From Tubiluchus corallicola (lineage: Eukaryota; Animalia; Priapulida), in NCBI GenBank assembly GCA_030141605.1, contig JAQGDQ010001038.1, forward strand, positions 1 through 64,000: a DNA stretch of 64,000 bases. The letters run 5' to 3'. The notes under the pieces were generated by a model that did no database searches, was not told where the DNA came from, and saw only the letters and a program-made list of their open reading frames with translations. The stretch's first letter is position 1, and each line of letters begins with the position of its first letter. Shown here piece by piece: positions 20,801 to 33,269 of this stretch. The position numbers were made by a program, and so were the translations under genes.

Positions 20801-22379
20801 ACCGTCACCAGCAGAAAGGCTACCAGTCACAGCATTACTACCGCTATATTATAATGCAGTACAGGCATAAGTGGATGCACAGTAATATTGTAACTGCATC
20901 ATTGTCAGTGATTATAGACATAGAATAACAGATTATAAATAAAAAGAATAAGTTTATAGAAAAAACTGCGAGTAGTTAATATTTCATTTCAGTTTACTGG
21001 GCAGCCGTTTTTTCCCAAAAATTCAATAGCTGAAACGGTTAAGTTTGATACTAGGCAGCGTGTAGATTTCCGTAGGGTGTTCAGCTATACATGGATGAGG
21101 TAATTAAACATTAGAGGTAAAATTGGCCCAATGTTTTACTGTTGGTTGTTGATAATATATCTAAGCTGTGATCCATAAATGACATACATGTATTTATAGC
21201 CAGTTTATTTCACTTTTACATTAATACTTGAGCCATAATGGAACAAACACCTGTGTATCATGTTTTTATCATGTGCATCATTCCAGGAAAAATAAATTTC
21301 TGTTCTATTCTAATGCCTAGGCTGTTACTGAATAGTTTACTCAATTTTACTTTCTTTTGTTCATTTGTAGGATTCCCCAGGTTTACATGCATCCAGAAAT
21401 TCTACTTGTACATTGTACCAGCCAATCAATGATATGATTGCTGTAGAAGAGGGTGTGTTTAGCAACACTGCTGATCATTATTCCAGGTTTTACATAGGAT
21501 GAATATGGAATACATCTTACTTGATTGGAATCTTAGTCTAATCAGAAACAAAAACATCAGTAAATTTTGCTATGTTCACAACATCATTGATTTTTTGCTT
21601 TTGATTAAGACCAATGTGCTTCACATCTATAAGTGGCCAAGAGTGCTGTATGTTAATATTGTAAAGGCAAGTTTGTGGGCAAACTCAGATCATAAACCTT
21701 TGCCTGGATGCACTTCCTAATGCAGGGTGCCATACATAAATGTCACAATTATCATAGTTTTGCTGGTTTACAAGTAGTAAAAAAATTTAGATTGTTAAGA
21801 AATGATAATTCTTAGCTTTGGTTCATAAAAGACTTTTTTATGTTATCGACTGTTATCGCTTGTAAAAAGCTTTCATGCTCCGTGTTGTTGGATTCTGCTC
21901 ATCTCAGTCAGTTAACACCTCAACTTGTAACACTGAATATGCGGGAAAAGTGATAGAGTGCAGATTAGATTAAAGAATTTCTATGTTTTTTATTTTGTAT
22001 TCGGTTGCTTTAGCTATTTGTCACGTTTCTTTTTTAATAGTTATCCTATAAGAATTTTATTAGCTGGGTTTCGAAACCTCTTTTTAAAGCTGCACACAGT
22101 AGCAGTAAAGTTCAATCAGAAAAAAACGCTCATAGTAATGAAATTGCAAATTATTTCATACATACATACAAAACTTTATTTAAAGTCGGTTTTACAATAA
22201 CAAATACTAGCACGCGTGCTAGTCTTCACTGACATAAAAATAAAGCATTAAAATACAGATAATACAACTAACAATACAATATTGTACAAACATTATTGTA
22301 TTGGTAGGATAATACATGAAAGAGTGCAAACCAGATTTGGTTTTGTTAACTCGTGGTACATTAGAATATTTGCACCTCT

Positions 22380-22800
22380 CAGGTTATAACTTGACTGCTT
22401 AAACATAAACCACTACTAGTGCTGTCAGAATTTAAGTGACGAGCACGTTTGAAAATTTCACTTATCATATTTTTTTTTACGCCGTACCCTAAGAATTGGC
22501 ATTTTGGCTTTTTTGAGTAAGGCATCATAAGTTGAGTGAAAATCATGAAAAACAAATTTCGAAGCTCGATATTGGATAGATTTTAGTTTTTGGTTGCTTG
22601 TTTTCCCACAAGTATACAAAACATCAGGGTAACTGAAATTGCATAGTATAAAGGTTATGTAGATTAATAAACGGGTTAGTAGATATAATAAACGGAGAAA
22701 GACGAAAATGTGCATTTAACTGTTTTGCTGCACCTCTACAAATAACGCTAATGTATTCACTAAATGTTCAATTTTCGTCTAGGTGAACACCAAATAATGT
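22380..22800 (-). mobile_element. Decayed LINE (L2/Crack/CR1 group) reverse-transcriptase C-terminal fragment
   Basis: Frameshifted pieces LLVFT/HLDEN..FSEYISVICRGAAKQLNA and KLKSIQYRASKFVFHDFHSTYDALLKKA resemble the KLExIQxRAxRF..SYxxLL motif. Confidence 0.65.
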
Positions 22801-23078
22801 AGGTCTTAGAATGGGTTCCGGTCAGTCAATCCAGTTTTCACAAGTGTGCAACGAAAGCCAGCTCTCTTCAAATTTGGCAGAATGTCACGAGTCTCAGTTT
22901 TCTTTCTCTTAGGTAGCACTGTGTGGTGGATAGATTATAGTTTGTAAATATGATGAAATACTTTTCTGGCGCCGTAACTGGGCCTAACTAAATAAGTTCT
23001 ATACGTTAACTTATTTGCTAGGTTTGACATTTGGCGGAATCATGATGCCAGTTATATATGTCAAGGCAGTGGGATTCG

Positions 23079-23116
23079 TATATAAACGCCAGAAATTTCA
23101 TTTAAAATGTCCAGTC
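23079..23116 (+). promoter_or_regulatory. Probable core promoter of the trypsin gene (TATA box plus initiator-like element)
   Basis: TATATAAA at 23079-23086 and Inr-like CCAGTC ~30 nt downstream (23111), ~50 nt before the ATG. Confidence 0.5.
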
Positions 23117-23162
23117 CGCCGGCCGAACCTGTCGTTGACCGTTATCGCTGCCGTTGCTGAAG

Positions 23163-26100
23163 ATGTATCTCGCTGCGCTTGCACTTGTGCTAGGCCTCGT
23201 CGCCAGTGGTGGTAAGTAGTGTTAAAATAGTTAAAATCACGACTAAATTACAATGCATGCATAGTTATAAGACACAAACATTATTTGCACTGCATATATA
23301 GATCATATGAACACCATTTCCTGGACAAATGCAACGTGAGAACAAGTCAGAATAGGTCTTTTATTAATTATACATAAGCAGGTAGGCAGGTAGGTAGAAT
23401 TAAAATTTAATTTACTAAAAGCAAAGTGCTTCTGAAATCGAAGTATACTGCTTTGGAAATTTATTACAAATAAAACAGGTGGTTTACTTTTGTAAAAATT
23501 AGAGAGGTCAGTATGATTGGCATTGGTACCCTAAGTAAAAGTGCTAAAGAAAAGGAGAGCTAGTGCGTGTTTTGGAGAATTAAATTTTTTTAAAGGACGC
23601 ATTTCCGCTGATCTTTATATAATTCATAAATGAAATCAACAGGCAGTTTTCAAGTTTTGTAATGTGTAAAAGATAAACAATCTAACGTCATTAAAGGCAA
23701 AATCACCAAGATACAAAGTTTGTGTTCTGAACTGCAGTAGTGTGTGGTCGATAGAAAATTAGGGAATCCGGGAATCCGTTATTTAGTTTCAATGATGCTT
23801 ATATTTCAGTTGAGTCGAGAGCTTACAAAAGAGACACGAGCAACTTTATTGTAGGAGGAGAAGATGCCGAAATTACTGAGCTCTGTTATCAGGTAAAATC
23901 TTCGAAAATAGATAGGATAAAATACCCCAACAAATTATTGAAAATACACGCTGTTCACATTCGTTCTAGTTTCGTGCGTTAACAAAATTACATGGCATAC
24001 GCGCTGGTACAATTTTACTGTGCGCACGCTCACAGTGTCGTCTTGTGCGTTAAAATACCACCAGGCTGACAGACGTCATTGTTAAACACGCATGGAAATA
24101 GAACTGAAGTGAAACTGTAACAGGGTGTATTGTTTAACAACGCACGTCTGGCAGCATGTGGCTTTGTTTATGTACGAGACGTCACTGTGAGCAAACGCAC
24201 AGTAAACTGTAAAAAGTGTGTAGGCGTATTATTAAAATTAATGCTAAAGTATCAGTTGACATTATTATTTGCACCATGTTTGAGTGATGTCATGTAGCAT
24301 TTATCCAGTCCACAGAAATTCCTACCGCTCAAGGATGGCTACTGAGTTTCTGCGGCACGAGAAATTTCACAGCACATATTCAAATGCAACCATAAATCAG
24401 CGGTTGGATTGTGATGGTTTCAAATAGAATCGTATTCATAGTGGCTTCAATAATGTACAAACTGTGCTGTAAAACTGTTGTTTGTCTAGTCAGTATTTAA
24501 TTAGAATAGGTCGGAACAATAACTATGAGGTTTGTAAGGCACTTCGGGAATTTAGTATAGCTCATAGTGGAGTGATTATATAGCCATAGCCTGATCCTAC
24601 GCAATTAGCAATGCTAGAACAATGAAATGCATTAATGCTGTCAGTACCCATGGTAAAAGTATTGACTCTAGAGGTTTTTTTCTATTATAGGTGGCTCTAT
24701 TGAGTTCAAATGGTGGACAGTTTTGTGGAGGAACTTTGATAGGAAAATCAGTTGTTCTGTCAGCTGCCCACTGCACAATGTACGTATAAAATCCTAATAA
24801 TACTACGAATATTACGAATATTATTTGTTACTTGGTAGTTTTGCGTTGTCTCATGTTCAAGCACGTATTCAAATTGTGCTGCAATAAAATATGCGGAATA
24901 TGTGGATAACCTTAGATATATGGTACTTCCTGTGAAGATAATTGTACATCCAGCACACTGTCCAATTATTTCACTTTCTAAATGACTACTATATAATAGG
25001 CGCTCTTTACATTGCACGAATGCAATCACATTCTACTTTTGTTAACTCTGTTGTGAACTTTTTATATCATGCAATGAATGCTCTCCTGTGATGGTCAGCC
25101 ATTCAAAACAAAATAACTGGCACCTTATCCAGCACTGCTGTTAAATGCATATTACCTTACCTTACCTATAAGTTTAAGTTTATTAGGTTCACATAATTAC
25201 ATATATTTGAACAACAATGACAATTAATAATCAAATCAGAACCATAAAAAAACAAGTATGTAAGTGGGGTACTTGAGATGTAAATAAACTTGCGTAAAGC
25301 ATCCCGAGTATTTGGAGAAAACAAAAAACAGTATGAAAAATACATTAAAAGTATAGACAAGGAAGCTAAAGTGTAAAGTAGTTAAAGAAACTAGAATCTA
25401 ATGTAGCCGGGGGGAGGTGTATTACGTCTCTCGATTACACGTCTGCGAAACTCTTCTCTGCCAGCCGCCGTCTATTGCAATGCCTCCTCTCCTAAGCCTC
25501 CCGTAAGTCAACTGCGCTCTTGCCCCTTACGCTCTTGGTTGGCAGTGTACAGCGCATACTGGCGAATGCTATCTTGTAATCACCGCAACCAGTGACTTAA
25601 AATACAAAACTGCCTTGTGATGGGAATATCGGCTAGATTTTCTCGTTCGGTTGTAACCGGGAACGCACTCGTTTCTAACGCGGTGTGTCCTCTTGATCTC
25701 TAACATGATTCTGTAGCAGCAAGGAGTTAAGTTGTCGTTTCTACGTCAATGTTCAGTATTCTGCACCGTACAAGACGGATAGATAAGATGAGTGAAGCGT
25801 ACAGCTATAGTTTTGAGTTCAGTGGAACGCTTGAGATATCAACACTGTGCTTAATTGCCAGAACTTGTCCCAAGCAGTAGATCCACATTGCTTGAAATTC
25901 TCGAACGATGATGCTATTCGAGCTCTGAGGTATCTGAACTCCTGTTACTACATCCGCAGTATGAAATTCTATTGGCATTGGATCAGACGGTGCTTGTATT
26001 AGATGCATAATATTGGTCTTGTCGAAGTTGACCTTTGAGACCAATATTAGCTGCAACATGCTTCTCGAAATTTGAAATGTGTTCGGCGGCCACATCCCTT

Positions 26101-29100
26101 GTTCTATCTAAAAGGACAATATCACCTGTAGTAGTGCAGTTGGTGGGTCTAGGTGCCATACTTGTGGTTGGCTTGGCCCGAAGGAACAGCGAAAGTGCGT
26201 CGCCCCTGAAACATACCAGTGATAACAAAGAATGTATCGCCAAGCTACTTTTGCTGTTTTGAATTCATATCTAATAATTAATCATTGTTAATTAAATTTT
26301 TTGATATGGTACAGAAAAGTACACTGCAAAACATTGTTAACGCTTTTTTTCAGAGACGAGAGCCATAATAGTGTAAAAATTGGCATGGGAAGCAATAAGA
26401 TAGATGGCGATATGAAGAAATATGACGTATGATATATTTTAACCTACATTTTATAATAAACTATTAATACACATGCATCTTTTAAAAGATTTGTGAAGAT
26501 ATATATAATGTGTAAGTGCTTCAGAATTTGGTAACTACATCTGCCTTCCTTATTTCCTTCCATTTTACGTTTTATTTTACCTCAGTTTTAAAAGCACTAA
26601 CTTTGGATAGCATACATAGTTTGCATATATAACCTAAATACATAAAATTAATGCGCTTCTTACGTATAGCTTGGAAATTCGTAAGTTGAGATCCAGCACA
26701 CAATTCGCAATGTGTATGTATTATTTATTTGTTTTTCTTTGTTATCAAGAACCGTGGCGTGAAATGAGGCATTAACCCAACGGAGACGTTTTAATCAAAT
26801 TTAGATACGTAGGCATACAAATAAGCAGTGCCAGTTTCTTGGTGCCAGTCACCAATCTATATACTAATCAGCTACAACGATTATTCTATCCAAAGAAAAC
26901 GAAAACTAAACGTAAACAAACACTTCGATGACTAACACAAAGCTGTTATAACATAATAATATCTTCAGGTAAAAGAAATCATCAATCATCCTCAGTACAA
27001 CGATTATACTATGGCAAATGATATCTCTCTGTTAATTTTGGAAGGAGATGTAGACTGCGGCGCAGGAATTTGTACAACCACGTGTTTAAGCGAAGCTAGT
27101 AAGTATTCTTAGAATGATAGTAATTACTGAAACGAAAAAGAATGAACAATAAAACTGCAATAATAATGACAACAACAACAACAATAGTTTTAAAACGCAC
27201 TTTAAAGATCTCAGTACTTTTTACAATAAATTTAAAAGAGATAGAAAATTACACAATCAGTTGCAGTAAAAATAATTGTGCACTTACAATTAAAAACAAA
27301 TAGCTAAGTGTGATAGTGAATAAAAGTTCAATAAAGCTGCATGGTTTTAATGTATTTGTGAGAAACTGTTGTAAAATGGTGTTTAAAAATTTTCAATCAA
27401 GCAATGAAGAGAAATGTAAGAGCATGGCATTTTCACGCTTAATTTAGCTAACCCTCTATACTATACAGAATATTTTCTATTTTTTATATTGACTGCAGGT
27501 TGCAGGGCTGGAGCAAAACTGCAAGAGAGAGAGAGAGAATATATTATAATGATGTTTTTCTTTTTAGACTGTGGAGGAGCTAACAAAATGGCTACAGTAA
27601 GCGGATGGGGCACATTGACTTCTGGAGGGTAAGAGATTGTAGACAAATTTTCATGAAAAACCCCAATCCTTGAATTTTTTGAATTTTTATTTGATTTAAT
27701 TGAAGACAATGAGTGTAAACTGGCAGTACCGATAGTCAATTACCAAACAAATTTCTGTATTATCTTAAAGTGAGCTTTAAAGAAGCCAGTCATCTTTCAT
27801 CCATTGTACATAATGTTTGTAGTGTGTTTACAAATCAAGACGAAAGCACTTCTAGACGCAAATAAACATTAGAAGAGTTTTTACAAGTCTACTGAAGAAC
27901 ACCAATAATTATTTTATGTTAATTATTATGGGTGAAAATGTTTGTCTTCTTTAAAGGTTTACTCAAATTTTATACCGCAGGAAACTTATTCAAATATTAT
28001 CTTCAACCAGAAAAATTCTGATATAGTTTCAAAATAAAAGTGTCATGATGATGATGCTGATAACGATGATGATGATGAAAGCATTGGCTAGTATTCACTT
28101 CCATTCTGCGGCTCCCTCTAAACTCTATTTAATATTAAACGTTTCTGTAATATAGTTGATATCACATTCTATTCATGCAATGCTAAAAATTATATATCTG
28201 TTTATGTTTTTGCACATTTGACTTATTTACGTTCTACAAGAATTTTACAATTTTTACCAAAACATGATTCTATAAATTTTTATGTACGTATCCTATTTCA
28301 GCTCTCATATTTCATATAGAATAATTATATTTATAAGCTTCAGCAAAATTATAATTTTTACATTATTTTGTATACATTAGGTTATTTAACTACAATTATG
28401 CATAAGAAATCGGCCTTGTGTTACCAGTAAAAATTTTAATTGCTTTCCTGTCATTTTTACCATGAGATTTATTAAATCTTTTTCTCCCAGTTGTTCCTTT
28501 AGTCGTAGCTGTAGCTCTGCATTTACAAAAGGACACCTACTATATAGAAGATTGTCTGGGGTTTGAACTTCAATTTCACGTTCACACAATTCACTCTCTA
28601 TATGTAATTGAACCGGTATAAAAACTCTTTAAATTTTCCCTGGCCTGTTTTGAAGCTCAAAACTATAGTTTCAATTTTCTTGCCAGCATAACCTACTTCC
28701 AACTCTTTGGATCTGCATTTAAATTCTGGTAGTTCCACGTTTACTAACTCGTTTGAAAACAAACCTAGATTACGTATTTGCACATTACTGAGACATTACG
28801 TTGTTTGTACATTTAAACATGTTTGCCGATATCTTATTTAAACTTATTGTCCGACCACGATTGCTTTTGCAAACCTTAAATATTGTTTTACACTCGCAAT
28901 ATAACATTTTAAAGACTGTTTATATATTTGGCGGTTTCTTCCCGTCCATTTGTCAATATCAGCAATTCTTTTTCTTAGAAGATCTTCATAGTTGCTACTT
29001 AGGGTTTTTCCAGGTAAATTTTGCTGTAATCAAATTCACTATAATGTCCTAAGCAGGTAAGCCACAGATGAGCTCCAAATGTTTCCTTGCCGAATGAAAA

Positions 29101-30982
29101 CCTGCTCCCACATCAAATTTCACTGCATTATATATTATGTCTTCAAAGTCAGAACGTTTTTCGTGATAATCATGCTGCAGTTTCACACAAAATTAATGGT
29201 AGTCTAGTTGTTGCAAACGAGCTAATCACTAGACCCCACTTCCCACAATCCACTATATTCCGCGACATATTTTCTTGCTTATATGAAACGTACCGTCATT
29301 CGCACAATTAAATGTTTTCACTTTAGAGAGCAAATTCTCAAAGTGTTCTCCAAAATGGCTTGTAAAATGTCTCCAAACAATGGGGTCAACACGCAAACGT
29401 CGGCTCAAGAAATCTGCCATAATGTTTTTCCTGGTGGCGGGAATTAAGAAAAAGAATGTTTCACGCGAAAAGAAACGAATTTGGGTGAGAAACTGGATCG
29501 CCACGAGAGACCAACTTAAAATCAGTTAAACAGTAGAAGTCATTGGGCTTATTGTTTTTTTGTTCACAGTGAATCTTCACTGTGTCTACTTACCACTGGC
29601 TCCCAGGCTCATAGCCAATCTATTTTTGACAACCGGCTTCTCTACGTTATAGCTCACTGTGCACATCCCAAAGTGTATGCTCTGTACGATATAGTTCAAT
29701 CAATTGTATTGTGGCCTCCTTGCTTGGTTAGTCTAGTTGCGACGCCATGCTGTCAAAATGTCAAGACTGTTATATTCTTTCCCCCAAATGCCGCTAACAA
29801 TAACAGTTTACACGATGCGTTTTTGACGTGCACCGTGTAAATAGGCCTTTATGTAAAAACATTATCTGTTTCAGTTCCTCGCCCGATCATCTACAGAGAG
29901 TAGATGTTCAGATGTATACACAATCAGCATGTGAAAGTGCTTACCAAGGCGAAATTCTAACCGGAATGATCTGTGCTGCAAGTCCCGGGAAAGATAGTTG
30001 CCAGGTGAGCATAATCACTTGCATTTCTTATTAACTTTTTCTGGCATTCTCGGCGTAGCAATAAAGAAAAAGTACCTGTGCTGTTTGTATAACATAACTT
30101 ACAGAGGGCTCCAGAGAAAATGATTTTTTCACAGACTTACAAACCTGCGTTAGAGTTGCATCCGGAATCTTTATGTCCTAGGGGTTGATTTCGCAATCTT
30201 GAATGCCATTGCTACATATCAACTCTCTGCTACATATTATGAAACGTATGAACCACATTGTTTATGCACCACAATCATACCTATGCGTAGATAGTCGAAC
30301 ATAAAGACGTATATACGTCCGTTTCAAAGATCCTGAATAATTTACAACAGAAACATTCGCTATATTGTCGTTGTTTGCAGGCTTCTAATAATGCTCTGCT
30401 TGTCGTCAAATATGACTAGAAAATGTTTTGTTTTCTTGTGTAGTTCAAGTTTCTGACTGAAAGTTTTATTACATGTAAGGGAAAAAGTTTACGCTTCAGA
30501 CTGACAGTATGAATCCAGAAATAATAAAAGCAGTAAAACGTTGATTTTTGATCAAATTAGTTTTTTTTAACCAGAATTTTGTTATATCATCATCATGCAG
30601 TTCATAAAACTCCTCCTTTTTTCTTGGTTTGCACAAACAACGAAGAAACCTAAACTGATGCAGAATCAGAAGATATGTACAACATCTGTACTTGAATGAA
30701 CAATGTCAGATGAAATATTTCTATTGTTTTTAGGGTGATTCTGGCGGACCTCTTGCAGTAAAGGAAGGCGATACATACAAAGTCTGCGGTGTGGTATCAT
30801 GGGGGAACGGTTGCGCAATGGAAGGCAGTCCTGGAGTGTACACCGACTGTCACGTTTTTGATAAATGGATAAAAGATAATGCCGGCAGCCTCGATCAGTG
30901 CGGCAGCAGCAGTGGTGGCGGCGGCGGCGGCGGCGATAGCGGAGGAGGCGGTGATAATGGCGGTTCAGAATGTACTGCGTAG
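23163..30982 (+). CDS. Secreted trypsin-like serine protease (peptidase S1A), 8 exons, 287 aa
   Basis: Exons 23163-23211, 23810-23892, 24691-24779, 26354-26426, 26969-27098, 27568-27628, 29875-30004 and 30734-30982 are all GT-AG, phase-consistent and total 864 nt. The protein has signal peptide MYLAALALVLGLVASG, IVGG, and catalytic-triad motifs LSAAHC, NDISLL and GDSGGP. GKDSCQ supplies Asp189 (trypsin specificity); VSWG and PGVYT are also present. Confidence 0.93.
23995..24227. mobile_element. Palindromic MITE-like element in trypsin intron 2
   Basis: 24011-24088 (TTTACTGTGCGCACGCTCACAGTGTCGTCT...AGACGTCATTGTTAAACA) is an imperfect reverse complement of 24131-24210 (TGTTTAACAACGCACGTCT...AGACGTCACTGTGAGCAAACGCACAGTAAA). 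Confidence 0.7.
25402..25637 (+). mobile_element. Possible LTR remnant in trypsin intron 3
   Basis: GC-richer block bounded by TGTAGCCG ... CGGCTAGA (7/8 inverted termini). No TSD identified. Confidence 0.3.
29380..29529 (+). mobile_element. PIF/Harbinger transposase N-terminal remnant in trypsin intron 6
   Basis: MGSTRKRRLKKSAIMFFLVAGIKKKNVSREKKRIWVRNWIATRDQL contains the basic-RxWVRxW motif typical of animal Harbinger transposase N-termini. Truncated. Confidence 0.45.
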
Positions 30983-31339
30983 TTTTAATCTTTTTTTGCA
31001 AGTACTTTTGATTGAATTACTATCTTTTCACACTGGTAGCTTCATACTGTGTACAGTCATGGTTCTGTCAATGATTTTTGTGAAACAGCACAAAATGTGG
31101 TCCAGTTTCATTGTTCTAGTTATCAAATGCTTTGAAAACAGACTAAAACATCCAAGATCAAGAATTTGACTTTTTGACTTTTTTGGTATTTGAATACAAA
31201 AAGTGCCAGTTTTAACACAACAACTTTTCTGAGTGTGAAAGCGAACTGAGCAAGAAGGTCTTGATCTAAGATTTCTGTAACCTGTGATCACTGTGCTTGA
31301 ATTCTTGGTTAATTATTTCATTGTTAAGAACTGTGTCTT

Positions 31340-31345
31340 AATAAA
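31340..31345 (+). other. Candidate polyadenylation signal of the trypsin gene
   Basis: First AATAAA after the stop codon (~360 nt), followed by GT/T-rich sequence. Confidence 0.4.
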
Positions 31346-31594
31346 GGGTGACTTTTGGGAGTATTTAGGCTGTTTTGTTATTTTTTAATTTGTATAGTTA
31401 ACCCTCAATGAGATCAACTTGATCAGAAATGTTGGGTGCCAACTAAGTGATGCCAACACTCTAAAAACACTCAATACGTTCCAGTACTGAAATCTTTAGC
31501 AACGAGAATGGAGAAGTAGCACATGAACAACCTACCTACGTTCAGTACATGACTTACTTTATTCAAATAAAACATTACACGTAAATTCACTTTA

Positions 31595-31864
31595 GGCCTA
31601 CGTTTTAGTCTAGTGGTAATGCATCTGCTATCCGTCTGGGAGGTCGTGAGTTCGAACCAGCGGCCGGGTGATACCAAAGACTTTAAAAATGGTACCTGCT
31701 GTTGCCTGACGCGTGGTATTTAGGGTAAAAGTGGGGTAATAATAGTCTCTGTTATGTAGTTGTAGGTTATTATTTACAGTCGGCGATAATAGCTCTTTGA
31801 GCTAATGTTAATTGTTGACCCAAAGCCGACTTTAAATAAAGATTATTATTATTATTATTATTAT
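31595..31864 (+). mobile_element. tRNA-derived SINE (MetaSINE-like core), full length, (ATT)n tail
   Basis: A-box TAGTCTAGTGG, B-box GAGTTCGAACC (31648), core ATACCAAAGACTTTAAAAATGGTACC and tail AATAAAGATTATTATT. A second copy lies at 40131-40383. Confidence 0.8.
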
Positions 31865-31975
31865 GTTTATCAACTAATTACAATGGACTTTTACAATGAC
31901 AAAACCTCTACAGCAGTAGTCGCAAAATATAGCTCACGCTACACAACATATAAAAACACTACATAATAATTACAT

Positions 31976-32019
<44 letters not shown>

Positions 32020-32049
32020 ATGCCTTACAACGAATTTTACAAAAAAGCC

Positions 32050-32830
32050 CTCTAAAACAAACAGCCTGTGAAAATTTTATCTAACCAATAACAATATTTT
32101 TATTAATAATTATCGGAACACGTATACATCACATGAGTAGATCTACATATGGAGATTAGGTTGTAACAGTTGTCAAAAAAACTTTTTAAATTCATAAAGT
32201 CCAAATCATTGAATTTTTTTCCTTATTCCCACCGTTTTCAGTCTGCCCCCCCCCCCCCAATAAGCGCAGAACTTCTGATTTTTTGGGGTTCTTGAGCAGC
32301 GGTCAGTTTCCAATGCCAGCTAGTGAGAGGAGAGAAGTAATCGCGACGTAGCTATACGTTGACCTTTCGCCTGACGTTTCGGCCACCTGAGTGTACATCT
32401 TATAGACCGTGAGGATCGGGTTCAAACTGACATAGGTTTTAAATTTTGTACCTTGCGACCGTCGAACTGATTTTTTGCGTTTTGCGATGTCTGGTTTTAT
32501 GTGACCGGCAACTAGAACTGCATTTAAATATCTTGCACCTGGTGTTTGTTCGGTGTTATACAATGACCAAATTTTTATAAAAGGGTCATCCCTCAAGTCT
32601 CTTCAATCCGCAAGTGTTTTTTGCAAAAACTTTTTTGCTTATTTTTGATAAATGCAACCGCAGAAGGCAATCCAACTTTTACTAGCGCGAGGTCAAACAT
32701 TAAAATGGTAGGGAGATATGACTAGTTAGTTTGCGGTTGATGAGTAGAAGAATCATTGATGCTGTACATGAAACAATTGAATTAAGTCTGACTTTCAATA
32801 AACTAGGACCGTGCCATGTTTTTAGACAGT
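32050..32830 (-). mobile_element. Decayed LINE 3' fragment (RTE-X/CR1-like)
   Basis: GTKFKTYVSLNP followed by frameshifted RLLLSSH*LALETDR, resembling the FRLSSHxLxIETGR motif. Confidence 0.55.
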
Positions 32831-33077
32831 TTACTTAATTAGAACGTTTTTTAATTGCAAAAAAATTATTTTTTTACCGTTGGTGATGGCTGAATCGCTT
32901 GCGTTAATCAAAGCTGGTCTACAGAGATTGCTACGAAGGCATACGAGGTTACAAAGACCTTATAATTGCTCTATAACCAAAGTAACACCTTCCAATTCGA
33001 AATAAAAATATCAATATCTACAATGTCTGGTCTAAGATAATAATTTACGCTTAATTATTATTATTATTATTATTATT

Positions 33078-33108
<31 letters not shown>

Positions 33109-33269
33109 CGACGATGATGATGAAGATGATTACTGTTTTTTGTTGTTGTTGGAGTAATTTTTGGCACTTTTCGTACTATGCCACACCATGTAGCAAACCT
33201 TAGACGGTCAGCGTCATTTGTGTTTGTGGAAAACTGGAAAAATCAGACATCTTCTCAACCACAAAACAA

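Noticed and set aside
25805-26262. Overlapping ORFs in trypsin intron 3 (GDIVLLDRT...) as a nested gene or nuclease
   Set aside because: No convincing family motif or splice structure; more likely decayed retroelement sequence next to the LTR-like block.
30980-30990. Stop-codon readthrough or selenocysteine in the reconstructed genes
   Set aside because: All four gene models are open without internal stops, and the trypsin TAG is followed almost immediately by TAA.
31595-31670. tRNA gene (also 39391-39460 and ~60520-60570)
   Set aside because: Has A/B boxes but no complete cloverleaf or acceptor stem, and continues into a SINE body.
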